Positions 41,462-56,032 of a stretch of 64,000 nt of DNA are shown in pieces. This stretch comes from Amoeboaphelidium protococcarum X5. Its lineage: Eukaryota > Fungi > Aphelidiomycota. The translations under genes and the position numbers were made by a program. Within the stretch, counting starts at the first letter, position 1. Each line of letters opens with the position of its first letter. The stretch covers positions 1 to 64,000 of the forward strand of contig JALDTO010000176.1 of NCBI GenBank assembly GCA_023515725.1, written 5' to 3'. Under the pieces are notes generated by a model. That model was not told the origin of the DNA and ran no database searches. It was given only the letters and a program-made list of their open reading frames with translations.

Positions 41462-44400
41462 TCACTGAGCCTGTTGCTACTACTACTCCTTTCTTGAACT
41501 TTCATCAGGAATATTATCTGGAGTGCCAGTAACCGCGTCAGTCAGCGTATTCAAAGACTTCATGGACATTTTCTACTTTTTAAACTTATCAGCACCAGCA
41601 GATGATAAGTTGGCCATCGAGGCGCTTGTCGCGGCAGTCTTTGCTGTTACAGACTACAGTTGAGCGGCACCAATTTTGATATCAGCGCTCATTGCCAGCC
41701 CATTAAACTTGGCCTCCAAAATCTTGGTGGCATTCTACTGCTCTCGGAGTTCATTGGAAAGTCTCTCAATTTCACTCTGCTGACTCGAAACTTATAACTG
41801 CAATGCATCAATCTTCTTTAACAACTGCCCCATCTACTCATCAGATTTCTATACCGACTAAGATCCACCAACTGCCTGTGAAGTCTCAGGTGCTTCAGCA
41901 GTGGCGGATAAATGATTCTGACTAGAAGCCAATTTAGGATCACTTGTATGGGTTGTCGCCGGAAGTTGAGCCGATGATTCATTAACCTCTTCCAAAGTCT
42001 CCTTAGCATTCTTCTTCTTATTGCGCATAGTGAAATTGAATCCTGATGAGGTGGTCTTTCTACTAGCTGAGGAGTCCACAGAGGTAACCGACGCTTCCTT
42101 ATTCAACTTCTTCACATCAAACTTGTCCGCAATACTGTGTGGTTTCTAAGCAGACTTCTCAGTGTTTTCATTAATGAGGGAAATCCAGCGCTCCTTCTCC
42201 TCATAACTGGACGATGATACAATCAAGGTCTTTTGCACGTCAATTCTAAACAGTTCCCAACAGAACTTGTACTCATCAGAATTACCAAAATCAGACACGG
42301 AGTCTCTTACAGTGATCATCGTCAAAGGGACAGCAGCCTTGAACTTGTACCCAGCCGCAGATGTTGCACCCTTCTTCTTGGCATTCTCTTTGCATATCAA
42401 TAACACATCTTCAAAGAGGAAAAAGTTCAGCGTATTGTCCTTGGCTATAGCACTAATCTTTGACTTTGCATTCAGAGCAGACTTATCAATCATCATCATT
42501 CTTCCATCCTGAATTAAATGACCAAACTCCGTGATAGATGGCCCTTCAAAGCCCTCAATCTTCTGCTGCAGCTCAACGACTGTGCGCTCATTCTCTTTAC
42601 GTCTCTTGATTTCATTCACAGCGGACGCAACTTCCTTCATCTTGTTCAGTCCCTCATCCAAGGTTTTGTAACCCGGATGACTTTCCAGCGTATATCGCAC
42701 AAGCTCTTTCAGAAGCAAGTGATAACGCATAATACGCTACACAGGCTTAATCAACTGGGAAGACAGATTCTTCAGAGCCAGCTGGTACTCCTGGCCATCA
42801 CAATTCATACTGAGAATGGACGCAATCTCGGGGTGGTTACTCAAATCTGGAATCCTCTCAGCGGGCTCCATATGATTCGAGCAATAAATCTCATACAATT
42901 TCACAAACTGGGCACTTCGACTAGCGAAAACTTCTCCCACTTTACCAACCTTCTCAATGCTCGTGCCAACCTCCTTCAATTCTTCAACTATAGGCAAATG
43001 GAATTGGTTCAATTCATCGACATTGCCAAACATTTCAACAAGTTTCTACGCCGCATCCTTTGCTTTACCACCATCCAGAGATTTGTACATTTCATTCAGC
43101 GGAGCAGACCAAGTTTGCACAATATATTGAAGATCCTTAGAGTAATTAGTCTCAGTCACTAACAGTTCATCCATGACTTTGCGCATAAAGTCCTCTTAAG
43201 TCATAGCAGCACTATTTTATTGACCGCCAACTTTAGCCTTGATTTTGTTCACCTTCAAATAATCTTAAATCTAATTAATCTTCTACTTCAGCACTGGTGC
43301 ATCAAAGAAACTATCCAGGCTGTTCAGTACAGTCTAAAAGTTCGAGATGCTGTAAGTGTATAACTCTTCAGGTAGAAACAAATCACTATCAGGTACACCC
43401 ACAGTATCCCGCGCGTAATTCAAGAAGTCTTAAATCTTCTCCATGCACGAGTAGGTTGGTAATTCAGATGAAGCACTATCACCACCAATTATAGTAGTCG
43501 GTTAAATAAATGGACCAGACTACGGCAAAGGCTTATCAATAGCATCGACAAGAATCTTGAATGCAACACCATTGCGCAAGAAACGAGCCAAATACTCTGG
43601 GTCCTTCAAGTATCTATCAGCCACATCACCATCCAGTTCAACAGCAATACCGAAAAGATTAAACTTCTCCTTCAACTGGCGACACTTTCGGCGCATCTAA
43701 TTTCTAATATCTGCAGTAGTGTGCAGGTTCAACAATTCCAGAAACTCGGGAGCAACTACACTGAAGAAAGTGTACTTTTTCACCACACTGTCCACGTTGG
43801 ACTTCAACTCAACTACCAGGGAGCTGTTAGAGTAGGACAACGATTCTTGATTAGCGGAAAACTTCTCCACGATATTCTTGGTATTCTTATCAAACACTGC
43901 AATATAATCCTTATGAATACCATATAGAACGTTCTCTGGAGCCAGAGATCCAAAGATAGTATAACCAAAGTGAGGTAATTTCTATGCCAACTAGTAGTAA
44001 GCCTTCTCAGCCTCCATTGCAGTCAGTCCCTTGTGTTGCTAATGTGCAGACAAGATCTTCTTGTACCACCAATTTTCAGACTTGGTCATGGTGAACTTGT
44101 GATGAGTCGGCGGTAGGTAAGTCTATATCGCACCAATAGTACTAGCTTTGTGCTTCTCTGCATCGTGATCACCATAACTCACCTACAACTGGAAGGATGC
44201 AAACTCAATCACCTCATTATCTTCCAGGTGATCAACGCCGGATAACACAAACTGTTTGACTTGCTGATAATGCATTGAAGACATATTCTTGTCCTAAAGA
44301 TCAGACACGTCATAGTACATACTGCGCACCTTAAACTACAATCTTGCACCGGTAACTCCTTGATTAACAACAGGAATGTGCAGCTTCATCCATCTCTCGC

Positions 44401-46365
44401 CACTCTCAGTCTGGATAGCAATACCGAAAAAGTCACAATCACCAATGTCCATCTTCTCTCCCATCAGTCTAATCAACTGCTAGCCAGTAGTCTTCTCAGT
44501 AATCTTCATACTCTTACGATTATCCCCCAGAAAGTAGACGGTGGCAATCTCCTGATTCACAACTTTGGCTTTAGGCTTAACAATCTGGGCAAATAGAGCA
44601 GATCTCAGCTTCTTCTCCTTGTCCTTCTTCTCAAATTTCACCATCGAGCCAGCAAATCTTCCCTCGACGCTTTGGCAAGTACCAATGTAAAATCCATTTT
44701 CCAACTTCTTGGTGACTGTAATGACATCGCCCACCAAAAACATCAGTTCATCGTCCTCCTTAGCCTCATGATCACACAGAGCCACGCAGGTAACTGGCAG
44801 AGGGCTCTTGGTAGGATCGTCATTCAATACTTACTACTGCTGTTGCTCGTCATCCTCATCAATGTTAGTCTTTGTAGATTTACCAGAGTAATGTTCAATC
44901 AACTCTTTCAATCTATAGTCGTTAGAAAACTAACTAATGACGATAAACTCCAGTGGGTAAATGTAATCTTCATTGAAACTCAGAGTAAGAACGTATCTGT
45001 ACGGCTTATCTTTGGTCATAAATCCCATAATGTCAGAATTAATCCCTTTCATGTTGGGTGCGTTCTTCTTATTCATGCTAAATCTCAGTGTATTCTTACC
45101 AGGAGACTTTCTCTCTTTAAGCGTACCTGAGCCGTGCTCATGCCCGCTAGAACTAGACCCACCTTTCTACTAAGGTCCATCATCACCAAAGAAATTCTTC
45201 AGTCCACTGCCAGGCGGTTTAGCACTAGACATTGTACTCTCATCACTCATTCTACTCATCTGATCATCAGCAATCTAATTCATAACCGTGCCTCGTTTAG
45301 TAGATGAGCCACTTCTCATCGTGCCTGGAATAGCACTCACTGTCAAAGTCGAGTCATCCTCAGAAACATATGCCCATCTACTAAAGGACTTATAAGAGAG
45401 ATATAAAGTCTACTAATTCTTGTCAGCATTCTGAATATACAGACCTTCCGTGGCAGCAGTTATATTGAGTAGGAAGGCTTAATCAGCATGAATAGCTTCA
45501 AATTTCGAGATGAACCAAGAAGGGAACGATGATCGAACAGCAATCAAAAACTTCTTGGCAGCATCGTTAAAAGACACATTAGCCATTGCTTTGACTTGAT
45601 TCACAATCTTGTCCAACTTATCATCACCAACTCCTGCGTCATCCATCCAAGCCGGCAACATCTCGCGAGCATCATCCACTTGACTTATGCTCGGATTGAT
45701 TGCATTCTTACAATGAACCTGGATGGCAACAAGATTCATAGCCTCAGAATCCTAACACTTTTCTGGACTACTCGCTGCTCTAAACTTCATGCTCATCTCT
45801 CCATACAGAATAGCTATAGACTTCTCATCAGTAAAGTCAGTCTTCAAGTCGGTGTAAGCATACTTCATGGCCATCTGGATCTTAAACTTTGGCTAAATTA
45901 TAATCTACTCTGCGATGGCAACATCATCCAGAAGAAACACCTTCTCATCTAAATCCTATTACTACTGTTACTGCTAAAACTACTGCTTTGAACTACCATC
46001 TTTTCCACTCCCCGATCCTGTGTTAGATCTAGGCAGATTACTATTACCGCCACTGCCATTGCCATTGCCACTAATCATCATGGATCTGCTCACCTGAAAG
46101 CCGAAACATTCAATCTACGTAAGGCCTCTCTTACGGGCAGCAATTTTCAACAAACTCTACACATCGATAAGTAATATTCGATTGATGATAAGAATTCAGT
46201 ATATAAAAGACATAATGTTTGACTTACTCTAGGAGTAGTAAACTACTGCAGGGACGTTTTAAAGTTGCTGTCATCATACAGATCAACAGTGACCAGAGCA
46301 ATAGAACCAGCAGAAGAGGCATTCAAAGTGCCACCACTTCCATTACTAATTTCTGTATTATTCAT
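41462..46365 (-). CDS. Multidomain Dbl-family RhoGEF: FERM-like, SH3, FERM, CH, DH, PH, coiled coil
   Basis: Intron 46157-46227. SH3 ALCDHEAKEDDELMFLVGD; FERM FFGI..YQQVK..LQVSYGD..LPHFG; CH FLRNGV..CMEKIQDFL..GVPDSDLF..ELY; DH ELLVTETNY..LIKPVQRIMRYHLLLKEL; PH FFLFEDVLLIC..EEKERW. Confidence 0.9.
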
Positions 46366-46908
46366 CACAAGGTGTCTATACTTATTTAGGCTAAAACTAT
46401 TTTTCTATGTAATAAATACAAATTCTGTCCTCAAACAACAATGCAACCAAAATAGATAAAAAACACACACACAACAAAGTAGAAAGGTTAAAGAAAGACA
46501 GCAGTGAGTGAGAGTCAAGTGAGTTTGAAAGAGTGAAACTGACCGTTAAGCGGGCGGTTCAAACAAAGCAACGGCCGGCGACGACAGCGGCTGTTTCCCT
46601 CAAACAACAAACCTTTCGGTGGGCGGCATGTTGGAGGTTGCTGCGATTGGTTGATTGATTAACATCATGTCTGCTTGCTTAGAGACGGCAATTTCTATCT
46701 TGATGTTAGACTCCGAGTGTATTACGTTCTGACTGGTTAACACAAAAATAAGCATAGCTCATGCTTACTACTAATCAGCTACTTTTGGTCTTGATACATT
46801 AGCAGCGATTAAATGCTTCTTAGCAGATTTTAAAATTTTTCGAATTTTCTCCAATTACTGAAATTTCAACAGGCCGCGTTAAAGATCCCCCCAATAAGTT
46901 GATTGTCA

Positions 46909-47574
46909 ATGAGCACAACTTAATCTATTGCTGCATCTATTCGAGATGCTTATCAGTATCTGCAAACTTTAATGTCCTCCTCTACTGGCGATAATATTCT
47001 GCAAGTATTCAGCATTGCGTCAGACTTTGAAATTGTTTAACGGCGGCCATCTGTTCTGGGAGATGATCAAGGGTATGATGAAAATGACCAATTGCCGCCA
47101 TTGAGTGCTAGATCATAACACGTTGTGGTTATAAAGCGGCGGATGAAATAGCTGGATGCACTTTATACTCAAGGTCCGCATAATCCGTTCTACATTGATT
47201 TAATTAAAAGTTAGTAATAGTAATCTCTGTAAGGATAATAATAATAGTAGTAAAAGTTTGGAAGTATACACAACAACAGTAGCGGAAGGAGTGACGATAT
47301 GCTCACTAACACGCGTGTGAAAATGATTGCTGATGATAATAATCTCACCGTTTACTCTGGGTCTAATCAGATGAATTCTGCAGCGATTCTGCCACCTCAG
47401 CCGTAGCGAATGAACAGCATAAAGTTTGGTTCGCGTTATGGCAAAGATGATCGCCGGTCTGCTCCTCCGTTTGCGTTCAGGCCATTTGACAGTCTTGATG
47501 CTCAGATATTCACGTAATTTAACTTGATGGATTAAGACTAGACTTTGTAATCGCAAGCTTAATAGCTCATATGA
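46909..47574 (+). CDS. Hypothetical Gln-rich protein
   Basis: 221-aa ATG-TGA frame with a polyQ tract coded by TAA/TAG (47212-47253). Divergent from the RhoGEF. Confidence 0.6.
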
Positions 47575-47754
47575 ATAATATATCATGTAGATTTTGTTTT
47601 ATACCACAATGTCTTGTTTACCATGTTGTTTTCCCATCTCTTGTTGTTATGGAGATTAATCAGTTTTCCATCTTGTTGTGATTTATCAATTTGTAAAACT
47701 ATTTGTAAATAGTCATCCTGGTAGTTCCAATATCAAAATAATAGCATTTCAATA

Positions 47755-48702
47755 ATGACTGATAATGCGCTAAATGTATTTGTTATCGGATCTGTGGCTG
47801 GACTATTATCAGACGCTGTTGTGCATCCACTGGACACCTTAAGGGCTAGATTGTAGACAGTGAAAACTAGATAGAAGATCGCATACAAAGGCCTCTACAA
47901 TGGATTCTACGTGGTGGCTATGGGTACAATACCTGGACACGCTCTATACTTTGCTGGCTATGAGTACACCAAACGGTATCTCTCGGATATGTTTATAAGC
48001 TAGTCAACTACTGATGATGTGGAATAGAAATCAGTTCAAGTGAATAGCAATAGTTCGCGATCTCTGAATATTGCCATAAATCTAACCAGCGGACTGATGG
48101 CTGAATTTTGTGGAGCTCTAGCATGGACACCTATGGATGTTATCAAGTAGCGACTACAAGTTCTGAATCAGTAATCTAATGCCACTATGGTTGAGTCGGT
48201 GTAATTTATTGCTCAAACTTACAGGGAGCGGGGAGTAAGAGAGTTCTACCGCGGCTTTGGAACAGCTCTGCTTGTATACGGTCCTTTTGTGTCTTTATAC
48301 TTTGGTCTATACGAGGAGTGGAAATATTATTAGCGATAAAGATATTTGACCGTAAATCAAAGGACGAGCTATACCGATTTGGAATCTATCAAGCTGCCCA
48401 TGCATTTATACTGGACTGGAGCCGCGTTAAGCGCTGCTGTAGCTGCGACCGTGACGTGTCCAATCGATGTGGTAAAGACGCGCATTCAAGTGTACTCTGC
48501 CTCAAACACTTAGGCAGAAAGTGGGCTTAAACTGAAGCAAGTTTTATCTGATTTGATCAAAGAGGAAGGCGTTCGAGGCTTATTCAGAGGACTGGTACCT
48601 CGAGTGTTGTGGATGTCTGGCGGCACTGCTCTCACCATGATTTGCTACGAAGAACTAAAGAATCTCACATCGAAGACTAGACCGTAATAGAATCAGTCTT
48701 GA
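47755..48702 (+). CDS. Mitochondrial carrier (SLC25 family), substrate uncertain
   Basis: Three signature repeats: HPLDTLRARLQ, TPMDVIKQRLQ, CPIDVVKTRIQ. Also GLFRGLVPR. Confidence 0.93.
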
Positions 48703-48786
48703 TTTAGTAAAATAAGCCATCCAAGTATTAAATTAATCTACTACTAAGTGTACTATTAAAAGTCATGATTCTGATGATGACATTAA

Positions 48787-49236
48787 TCACTTCTTTGCAC
48801 TGCCTCTAGGAGCAAGAGGTGTTCCAATGTCTTTGCCTCTCAGCTTGACACCCAAATTTCTCTCCATTTTAGCCAGAATCTGCTGATTCGGCACCGCCTT
48901 TCCGTTCTCGTACTCTTGAATGACCTGCTGTTTCTCGTTGATCTTCACGGCCAAATCTTTCTACGTCATGCCCTTGTCCGCTCTAGCCTACGCAATCGCC
49001 TTGCCAACTTCCATTCCCACAGTCTTCACAGTCAGCTCCTCGGTTTCCCGATCAAGTTTGGCTGCATTTAAATCAGTGCCCATGTTCTTTGGCTTATTGC
49101 CCGCCGTCATCTTCTTCTCAACCGCCAGCACGGCACCATCTCTTCTGGCAGCATTAATCTAGCTAGCGCTAGTTGCAGTCTTTGGTGCATTAGTTCGCTT
49201 CTTCAGCACTGTCACTTTATCCCAATCGTCACTCAT
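48787..49236 (-). CDS. MBF1: Multiprotein bridging factor 1
   Basis: [59 protein letters not shown]. Confidence 0.96.
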
Positions 49237-49469
49237 ATTTTATTATTTTGTTTCAATTTAATTTCTTCTTAATTTTTGCAATATTAATTCGCAAAAGAAA
49301 TGAATATCTCGATAATATACTCGGCTCTTAGTTCGGTCAATCTCTGCAAAGATAGAACTTTGCCGTCGTCAAAGGAAGAATCGTCAAGTGATCGCTCCAA
49401 CAGAGAGAGTGTGTGTTAAGAACCACGAAACTATAAAGATATTAACACGCATTTACACTCAAAGCATAC

Positions 49470-50339
49470 TCAAAGAATATTGTCATAGATGCTGAGTGCA
49501 TACTAAATTATAGGATCCTGAAGCGACGCTCTCTCGAAATCTTCTAGGTCCAGTTTGCCATCACCATCTCTATCCAATGCATTGAAGAGATAGTCAGTTC
49601 TTGCACGCGCTAGTTTATCGAAATTATTAAGGAGATCATTAGTCTGATTATAATTTTAAGAACTCCCAGCTTACTAAGAAGAACTAGAGCCATTGAGAGC
49701 ATGATCAGCAGCGTCATCATTAGTCTACTAGAATGACGACTGCTGTACCGAGACACCATTAATTTATGGCGCCAGGTCTCCCAGCATTTCGTATAGAGAA
49801 CTCAAAACTTCGAAAACTTCATCGCGATCCACCACACCGTCGCGATTAATATCATACAGATTAAATGACCAGTAAAGTCGCTCGAGTTGACTCTTGGTAA
49901 GCACTTGCATCTATCCATTTTATACATATTGTGGCGACGAAGATTATGATTGTTCTATTTATTGAGATTACTACAGCGACTACATCGATTACTGTTCCCC
50001 GCTGGACGACGATTTGAATTTACTCAGCGCTTTCATAAACTCTGTGAAGGATACAAGACCATCCTAGTCCTGATCAAACACACGAAACATGTGATTAGCA
50101 AATCTTGAGGGATCACCGAACGGAAAGTATTGTTTATAGATCTATAGCCAGTCCGCTTTACTCATCGCTGGTTCATACTGTTGACTGAGCGCAATGTCTA
50201 CGGATAAATCTACAGTTTTTGCAGTTGCATCCTAACTAAAACCTTTAAACCACATCTGCAGATCCTTCTTATCGAAGCTGGTTATCGTCTGCAAATCGCT
50301 TATCTTCTCTGGGCTCAACTTACTCGCTCCACCTCCCAT
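49470..50339 (-). CDS. FRQ1: Neuronal calcium sensor/frequenin homolog
   Basis: MG..ASKL myristoylation-type start, FDKKDLQMWFKGF, IYKQYFPFGDPSRFA, three EF-hands, ALSIYD C-terminus. Three loop insertions. Confidence 0.9.
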
Positions 50340-50505
50340 TTTTATTAAAGAGTAATCCTTGATTAAGAAGTTAGCTATTTACAGTAAAGAGCGAAGTAGA
50401 GATGGTTCAACAGACGCGCTTTAAATGAATGTTACGAAAATAAAATGTAAGCTTTCCGAAAAGTATTGATGTAAAGAGTATATATATTGTTATTAATTAT
50501 TATAG

Positions 50506-52767
50506 TCATTAATGCATACCGTGGATTCCCAAATTTTGTTGATCTAAACCAGTGTAAAAATTGTGAGGTAATCGCGCGCTATATTTAATAAAATTCTGAG
50601 GAGATCGACCATTCTAAGGCTACTACAACTGTTGGTATGACTACTGGTGATTAAAGGCGTCCATCACAGGTGGAGGCTCAGATAACTAAAACGACGCAGC
50701 TTCAGAACTACTTCGTTACACTGGTTACATAGTAGTTGTTGCAGTTCTTTGATTATCTTCAATTGGCATAGATTTAAAAGAGTGAACATTCACAGAAGTA
50801 TCAAGGCTTTCAACTGACAGCTTCCGTCTCTTGCGCGACTATTCTCCAGATATCGGACGCATAGCCTTGTGCATCTTCTTGTATAATCCGCAGGCATTGC
50901 ACAGTACAATGGACTCCTCAACCTCCTCACCGCTCTACTATTCTTAAACCATTACCGAATCTTTTCGCCATAATGGAGTGGAATCAGTTTAGCAGTTATA
51001 GCACTTGGGCCGCACATATTCCGACTCGCCATTCTTGGCAGCAGCTAAAGCTTTTAAAGACATGGGTCGATGCTTCTAATGCTATTTGTAATAAAGGCCA
51101 CACGCATTACACAAAGTCTCGCCAGTTTCAGGAATTCTACGCCACAGCGGTGTGTTACTTGTACCGCAATTAGGACATTGCTGCTTACCATCACCAGATT
51201 TCGCTGAATGAGCTGCTACTGCAGGAGGTAAAGAGGAACTGGGAAGCAGCGTAGATTTCTTGGGCTCCCGTGGCTTTTTCGCCTTCTGTGCTTTACCGCT
51301 AGGCCCATTCTTCTAGCCAGACTCTAATGATTATTAACGCGATACAACTGTGCTTCCATATCCACCACTGGCAGATGATGAATTAAACGATAGTTACTGC
51401 TAATATTGAAGCTAATTACTCTATGTAGTTAACTCCGCAAAACTCATTTAACTTTATTGAATACCAAGCGACAAGCCATGCTAACCAAGATGATCCACAT
51501 TACTGTACAAGGACGATCTACTGTGATATTAATCATTGCCATTCAAAACATCAAAAGATGCCGATCGACTCAGTGGATTAAGATGACCTAGAGCCATACT
51601 TCCCGCCAAGCCAGCGCTCTATTGCGGACGGATACCAGAAAAAGAGTAATACACATTCATGGAATTATCATCGGATTTGAGACCATAACCATTAGTCTGA
51701 GATGCACTTTGCTGGGAAGAATCAGCCATATTCCTAACCATTGAACTATCGAAAGACTATCCCAGCAGTGACGTATCATAATTCTGAAATTGTTATTATT
51801 ATTACTACTCTTGATTACCGATTTGCACAGATTAAGATGATGAGGATGCGCTTTATATAAAATTCAGATTCATATCACCGTCCATACCAGTAAGCCAGTT
51901 GGACATATTATCGTATTCTATGTCCGTCATGGGTATCTCCAATCTTGGACCTTCCTCTAAATTACCCAAAATTACAGTCGCAGGAAGTGATCCAAAAAAG
52001 TCTTCAAGGTGAATAGTATGCTCAGCCGGAGTAGCAATATCATGAACACTTTTCGTAAGCTTTGTGTGAACGTGAGAATCTTTAGGCGTCGCCTCACTTT
52101 GCATTTTATCAAGACTGCCAACAGGATGTGCCCTTGACTCATTGTCTCCATCCTTACAATTCAATACTGCATCAGAATGAGGCTCCTACTATGATCTACG
52201 TTATGATGATGGAAGAGGCAATTAATTCTAGCTCTTTAGATAATCTCGATGACGTTTAATCGCAGTTATAGAGTCTTCTTCTTCATCCTCATCTTCCTCT
52301 TCATTAACATATTCACTTATCTAGACGAATGACTGAGATAGTTATGGTGACTCTTTATCAAGGCTTCTAGTATCATTCAGTCTCTTTGATAATCGTCGCC
52401 TAACACTATCAGCATCAAGCTTCAGCTTCTAAGTAGTCACTAAACCGACTCTCTTTAGTTACTCGCCATCTTGACCCATACGGCGACGACGGCGGATATG
52501 ATGCTCTTCTTCAATAATGACACCATCACCATTTTATGACCCATTGCTACAGCCACCACACACTCTTTAATACTTGTACGAGCTGAGCAGTTTATTATGT
52601 AGATGCCACAGTCTCCAGCTCAGATTCTCAAGACGACATCCATTCTCTAGAGAGTCTTTCACCTTTGTACAGATTTTCCACGTCTTGCTCAACTCCTCCT
52701 CAGTCTCCAGAGACGCCAACTGGGAAAATGATTTATTGCCCTTAATCTTCAAGAGTATCGGAGCCAT
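50506..52767 (-). CDS. GATA transcription factor with N-terminal DUF1752 and two GATA fingers
   Basis: [10 protein letters not shown] (DUF1752); [18 protein letters not shown] and [18 protein letters not shown]; Q-rich middle. Confidence 0.92.
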
Positions 52768-52967
52768 ACTCTCTTACTCTCCAAATTATTTACAACTTAT
52801 TTTCTTTACCAAAAATGGAATATTATGGATGGAAAATTCACAAAATACTCAAAATGAACAATGGCAGGAGAGTCAACGGGTGAACTGAAAGGGAGCGCGC
52901 TGTTCACAAAGGCAAAACGGTAAAGAACAACAAAAGACGACCGGCAAAACGCAAAAAACTACATTCA

Positions 52968-52977
52968 TTTGACGCGC
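52968..52977 (+). promoter_or_regulatory. Candidate promoter element TTTGACGCGC upstream of the GATA gene
   Basis: 201 bp from the ATG, in the opposite orientation relative to the gene. Confidence 0.4.
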
Positions 52978-53343
52978 GCCCGTCCGTCCGCCCGCTCCTG
53001 ATTGATTGAGCGACTTATTGATTTTGTGTAACTCACTAGACATTTTATGAAATTTACATGAGCATTATGTATAGTAATCGCTTGGATTTACTTTATGAAT
53101 TAGATGATGGATGAAATGGTGTTTTCAAAGGCATTTGAATTGCATTAAATCTTTAACAAACTTTGGGTATGATGAAGTATCAACAAATGCAATTCCAAGA
53201 TGTTTCCAAATTAGCAGTAGCTTATACTTCGTTTAGATCACGATTTTCTCTTTTATTCTTCCCGTAGATATCTACAAAATAATTACACTGAAAAATGTAC
53301 ATGTTACGCGCGTCCTTGCCAAATTTCTACTCCAAAGGGACGG

Positions 53344-53776
53344 TTGGGATCTAAAAAAACCAACAATATAGTCACTAATATTGCTGGTGGATTGGGAATC
53401 AGGTTTAGGAAATTCAATAGACAGTGGCTGTTGCATTTTCTGCAGGAAAAAAACATCCACGTTGATGAATTTGATTTGAAAAGCAATATAAATTTCATTG
53501 ATGGCGAACAATATGTACATCCGGGACAAAAGACGTTTGAAATCGACGTTATGTGCCATGATCCATTGATTATGATGGAATGTAAATCTTATTTGCGCAA
53601 AGACAATTTGCACAATGTTGAGCTATTTGTCAAAAAGTACAAAGTGATTGAGAGTTCAATGAAAGAGCCGGTGCAGAAGTACTTGGCTTGTTTGGAGTGC
53701 AGAGACGTCTGTCGCAAAGGAGGCAAAGAAGTTGTGCAGTGAGAATAACATTGTCTTCTTGACTCAATTTTAATGA
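53344..53776 (+). pseudogene. Degenerate PD-(D/E)xK nuclease-fold gene
   Basis: FEIDVMCHDPLIMMECKS motif. No clean ATG. A plausible C-terminus (VAKEAKKLCSENNIVFL) lies in another frame after about 53705. Confidence 0.55.
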
Positions 53777-54073
53777 GTCATCTATTGCCTTTTAGTATGG
53801 AGTATTGCACATTAATAAATTGTTTTTTGCATTCACACAGGCTCAGCTTTATATTTATGCGCTCTTGAATAGCGTTGTTAACTTTAAAACGCACTTCAAA
53901 ACGCGTCAACTTTCTCTGCGAGTATTACGCATTGAAGTATCATCTCAATCATTACTAAAAATGGCATAAATATACCCTAGTCTGAGTTGGAAAATAGAAT
54001 TTAATGGTATAAGGCACCAAAAGTGAGCTTGTTAAAGGGCGAATTTGTAAATAGAGGAAGTATTTCTATTAGA

Positions 54074-54625
54074 TCAATCTTCAAATTGAAACAACGACTG
54101 AACGATGCCATTGTTGGATGTGAGCCGCTTTGCACCTTGGAGAGCTATCAGTTCAATTATGAAGACAAATTAACAGACACGTGCACCAGTACTTTCAACC
54201 AACTATTGGGCAGCAAACGCGCTACCTCCAGTCGCAAGTAAATCATCAAATATAACAACATTCGCGCCGCTGGGTATAGAATCTTTCTGCATCTGGAAAG
54301 TGTCCACGCCATATTCCTTCTGGTAAGAGTACTCGGCACAATCACCTGGCAGCTTTCCACTCTTTCTCACTGGCACAAAAGGACAATTTAAGTGGATAGC
54401 TAGAGCGGGTCCAAGTAAAAATCCACGAGAGTCTAGACCAACTATTGCATCTACGCGCTCATTAGATTTCCTGATAAGCAAAACCAGCTCTTATATCATG
54501 CATTGCACAGCTGAATGATCCTAAAAAATAGGAAATATATCCTGGAATAGAATTCCCTACTTTGGAAAGTCAGGATACGCCTTTATCAGCGATTTAACGC
54601 GCTCCAAACTGTATTATTGAGACAT
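54074..54625 (-). CDS. APT1: Adenine phosphoribosyltransferase
   Basis: YPDFPKQGILFQDI, GLDSRGFLLG, RKSGKLPG, YQKEYG, IFDDLLATGGS. Confidence 0.96.
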
Positions 54626-55159
54626 TTTATAATGGCATTACCATTACAAGACCGTTGCAGTTTTCATTGGCTGCGATCCAACCAGCGCGTAACCTTAACT
54701 AAGCGGCGACGCCTCATCATTTCTCCTTGCTTTTCTCTTCATTGTTATTGATTGTTGAAAAAATGATAAAATATGCGCAAGATAAATGAGCACTATTTTA
54801 TCCATTTCATATGCACTTTATGATTATAACCAGGAACTTCGCAGTTTCCGCGAGAGCTGTACAGCTCGATGATACTGAACTTCCTTGGATGTATGAAAGT
54901 GCTTTTAGTACCCGATATCTTTCCATGGCTTATCAGAGAATTGATTTGTCCATGGTCACTTGATATCATTTATTATTATCTTTATGATAATAATAAATCT
55001 GAGGTACGTGATGAGAAAAGAATAGATAGGAAGTGCAAGCTTACCTTATCAAATATGGGGATACCTTTTTTCTCTGATACCGTGTCTTTATCTTGTCTTT
55101 CTTCCTTTCTTCCTTTCTTCCAACTCTAAAAACCTTAAAACCTAAAACCAGTCATCTAA

Positions 55160-55843
<684 letters not shown>

Positions 55844-56032
55844 TTCAATGATATCTTGATTGAATTATCCCCACAATATCATTGCCATATTTTAATTTTG
55901 TCGTCCCATTCCGTAAAAAGTCGCGCTTTTATTCTTTTATAAAGTTTCGAATTTGATTTTCTGAAACAATACGCTCGTTTGTAAATTCACTTTCTTTCCA
56001 TTCCTTTTGCCAGTCGTTAACATAAAATCTTA

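Noticed and set aside
46540-46640. GC-rich stretch containing GGTTCAAA as a possible tRNA (e.g. UAR-reading tRNA-Gln)
   Set aside because: I could not fold a cloverleaf; it is more likely divergent promoter sequence. No tRNA, rRNA or CRISPR array was recognised in the window.
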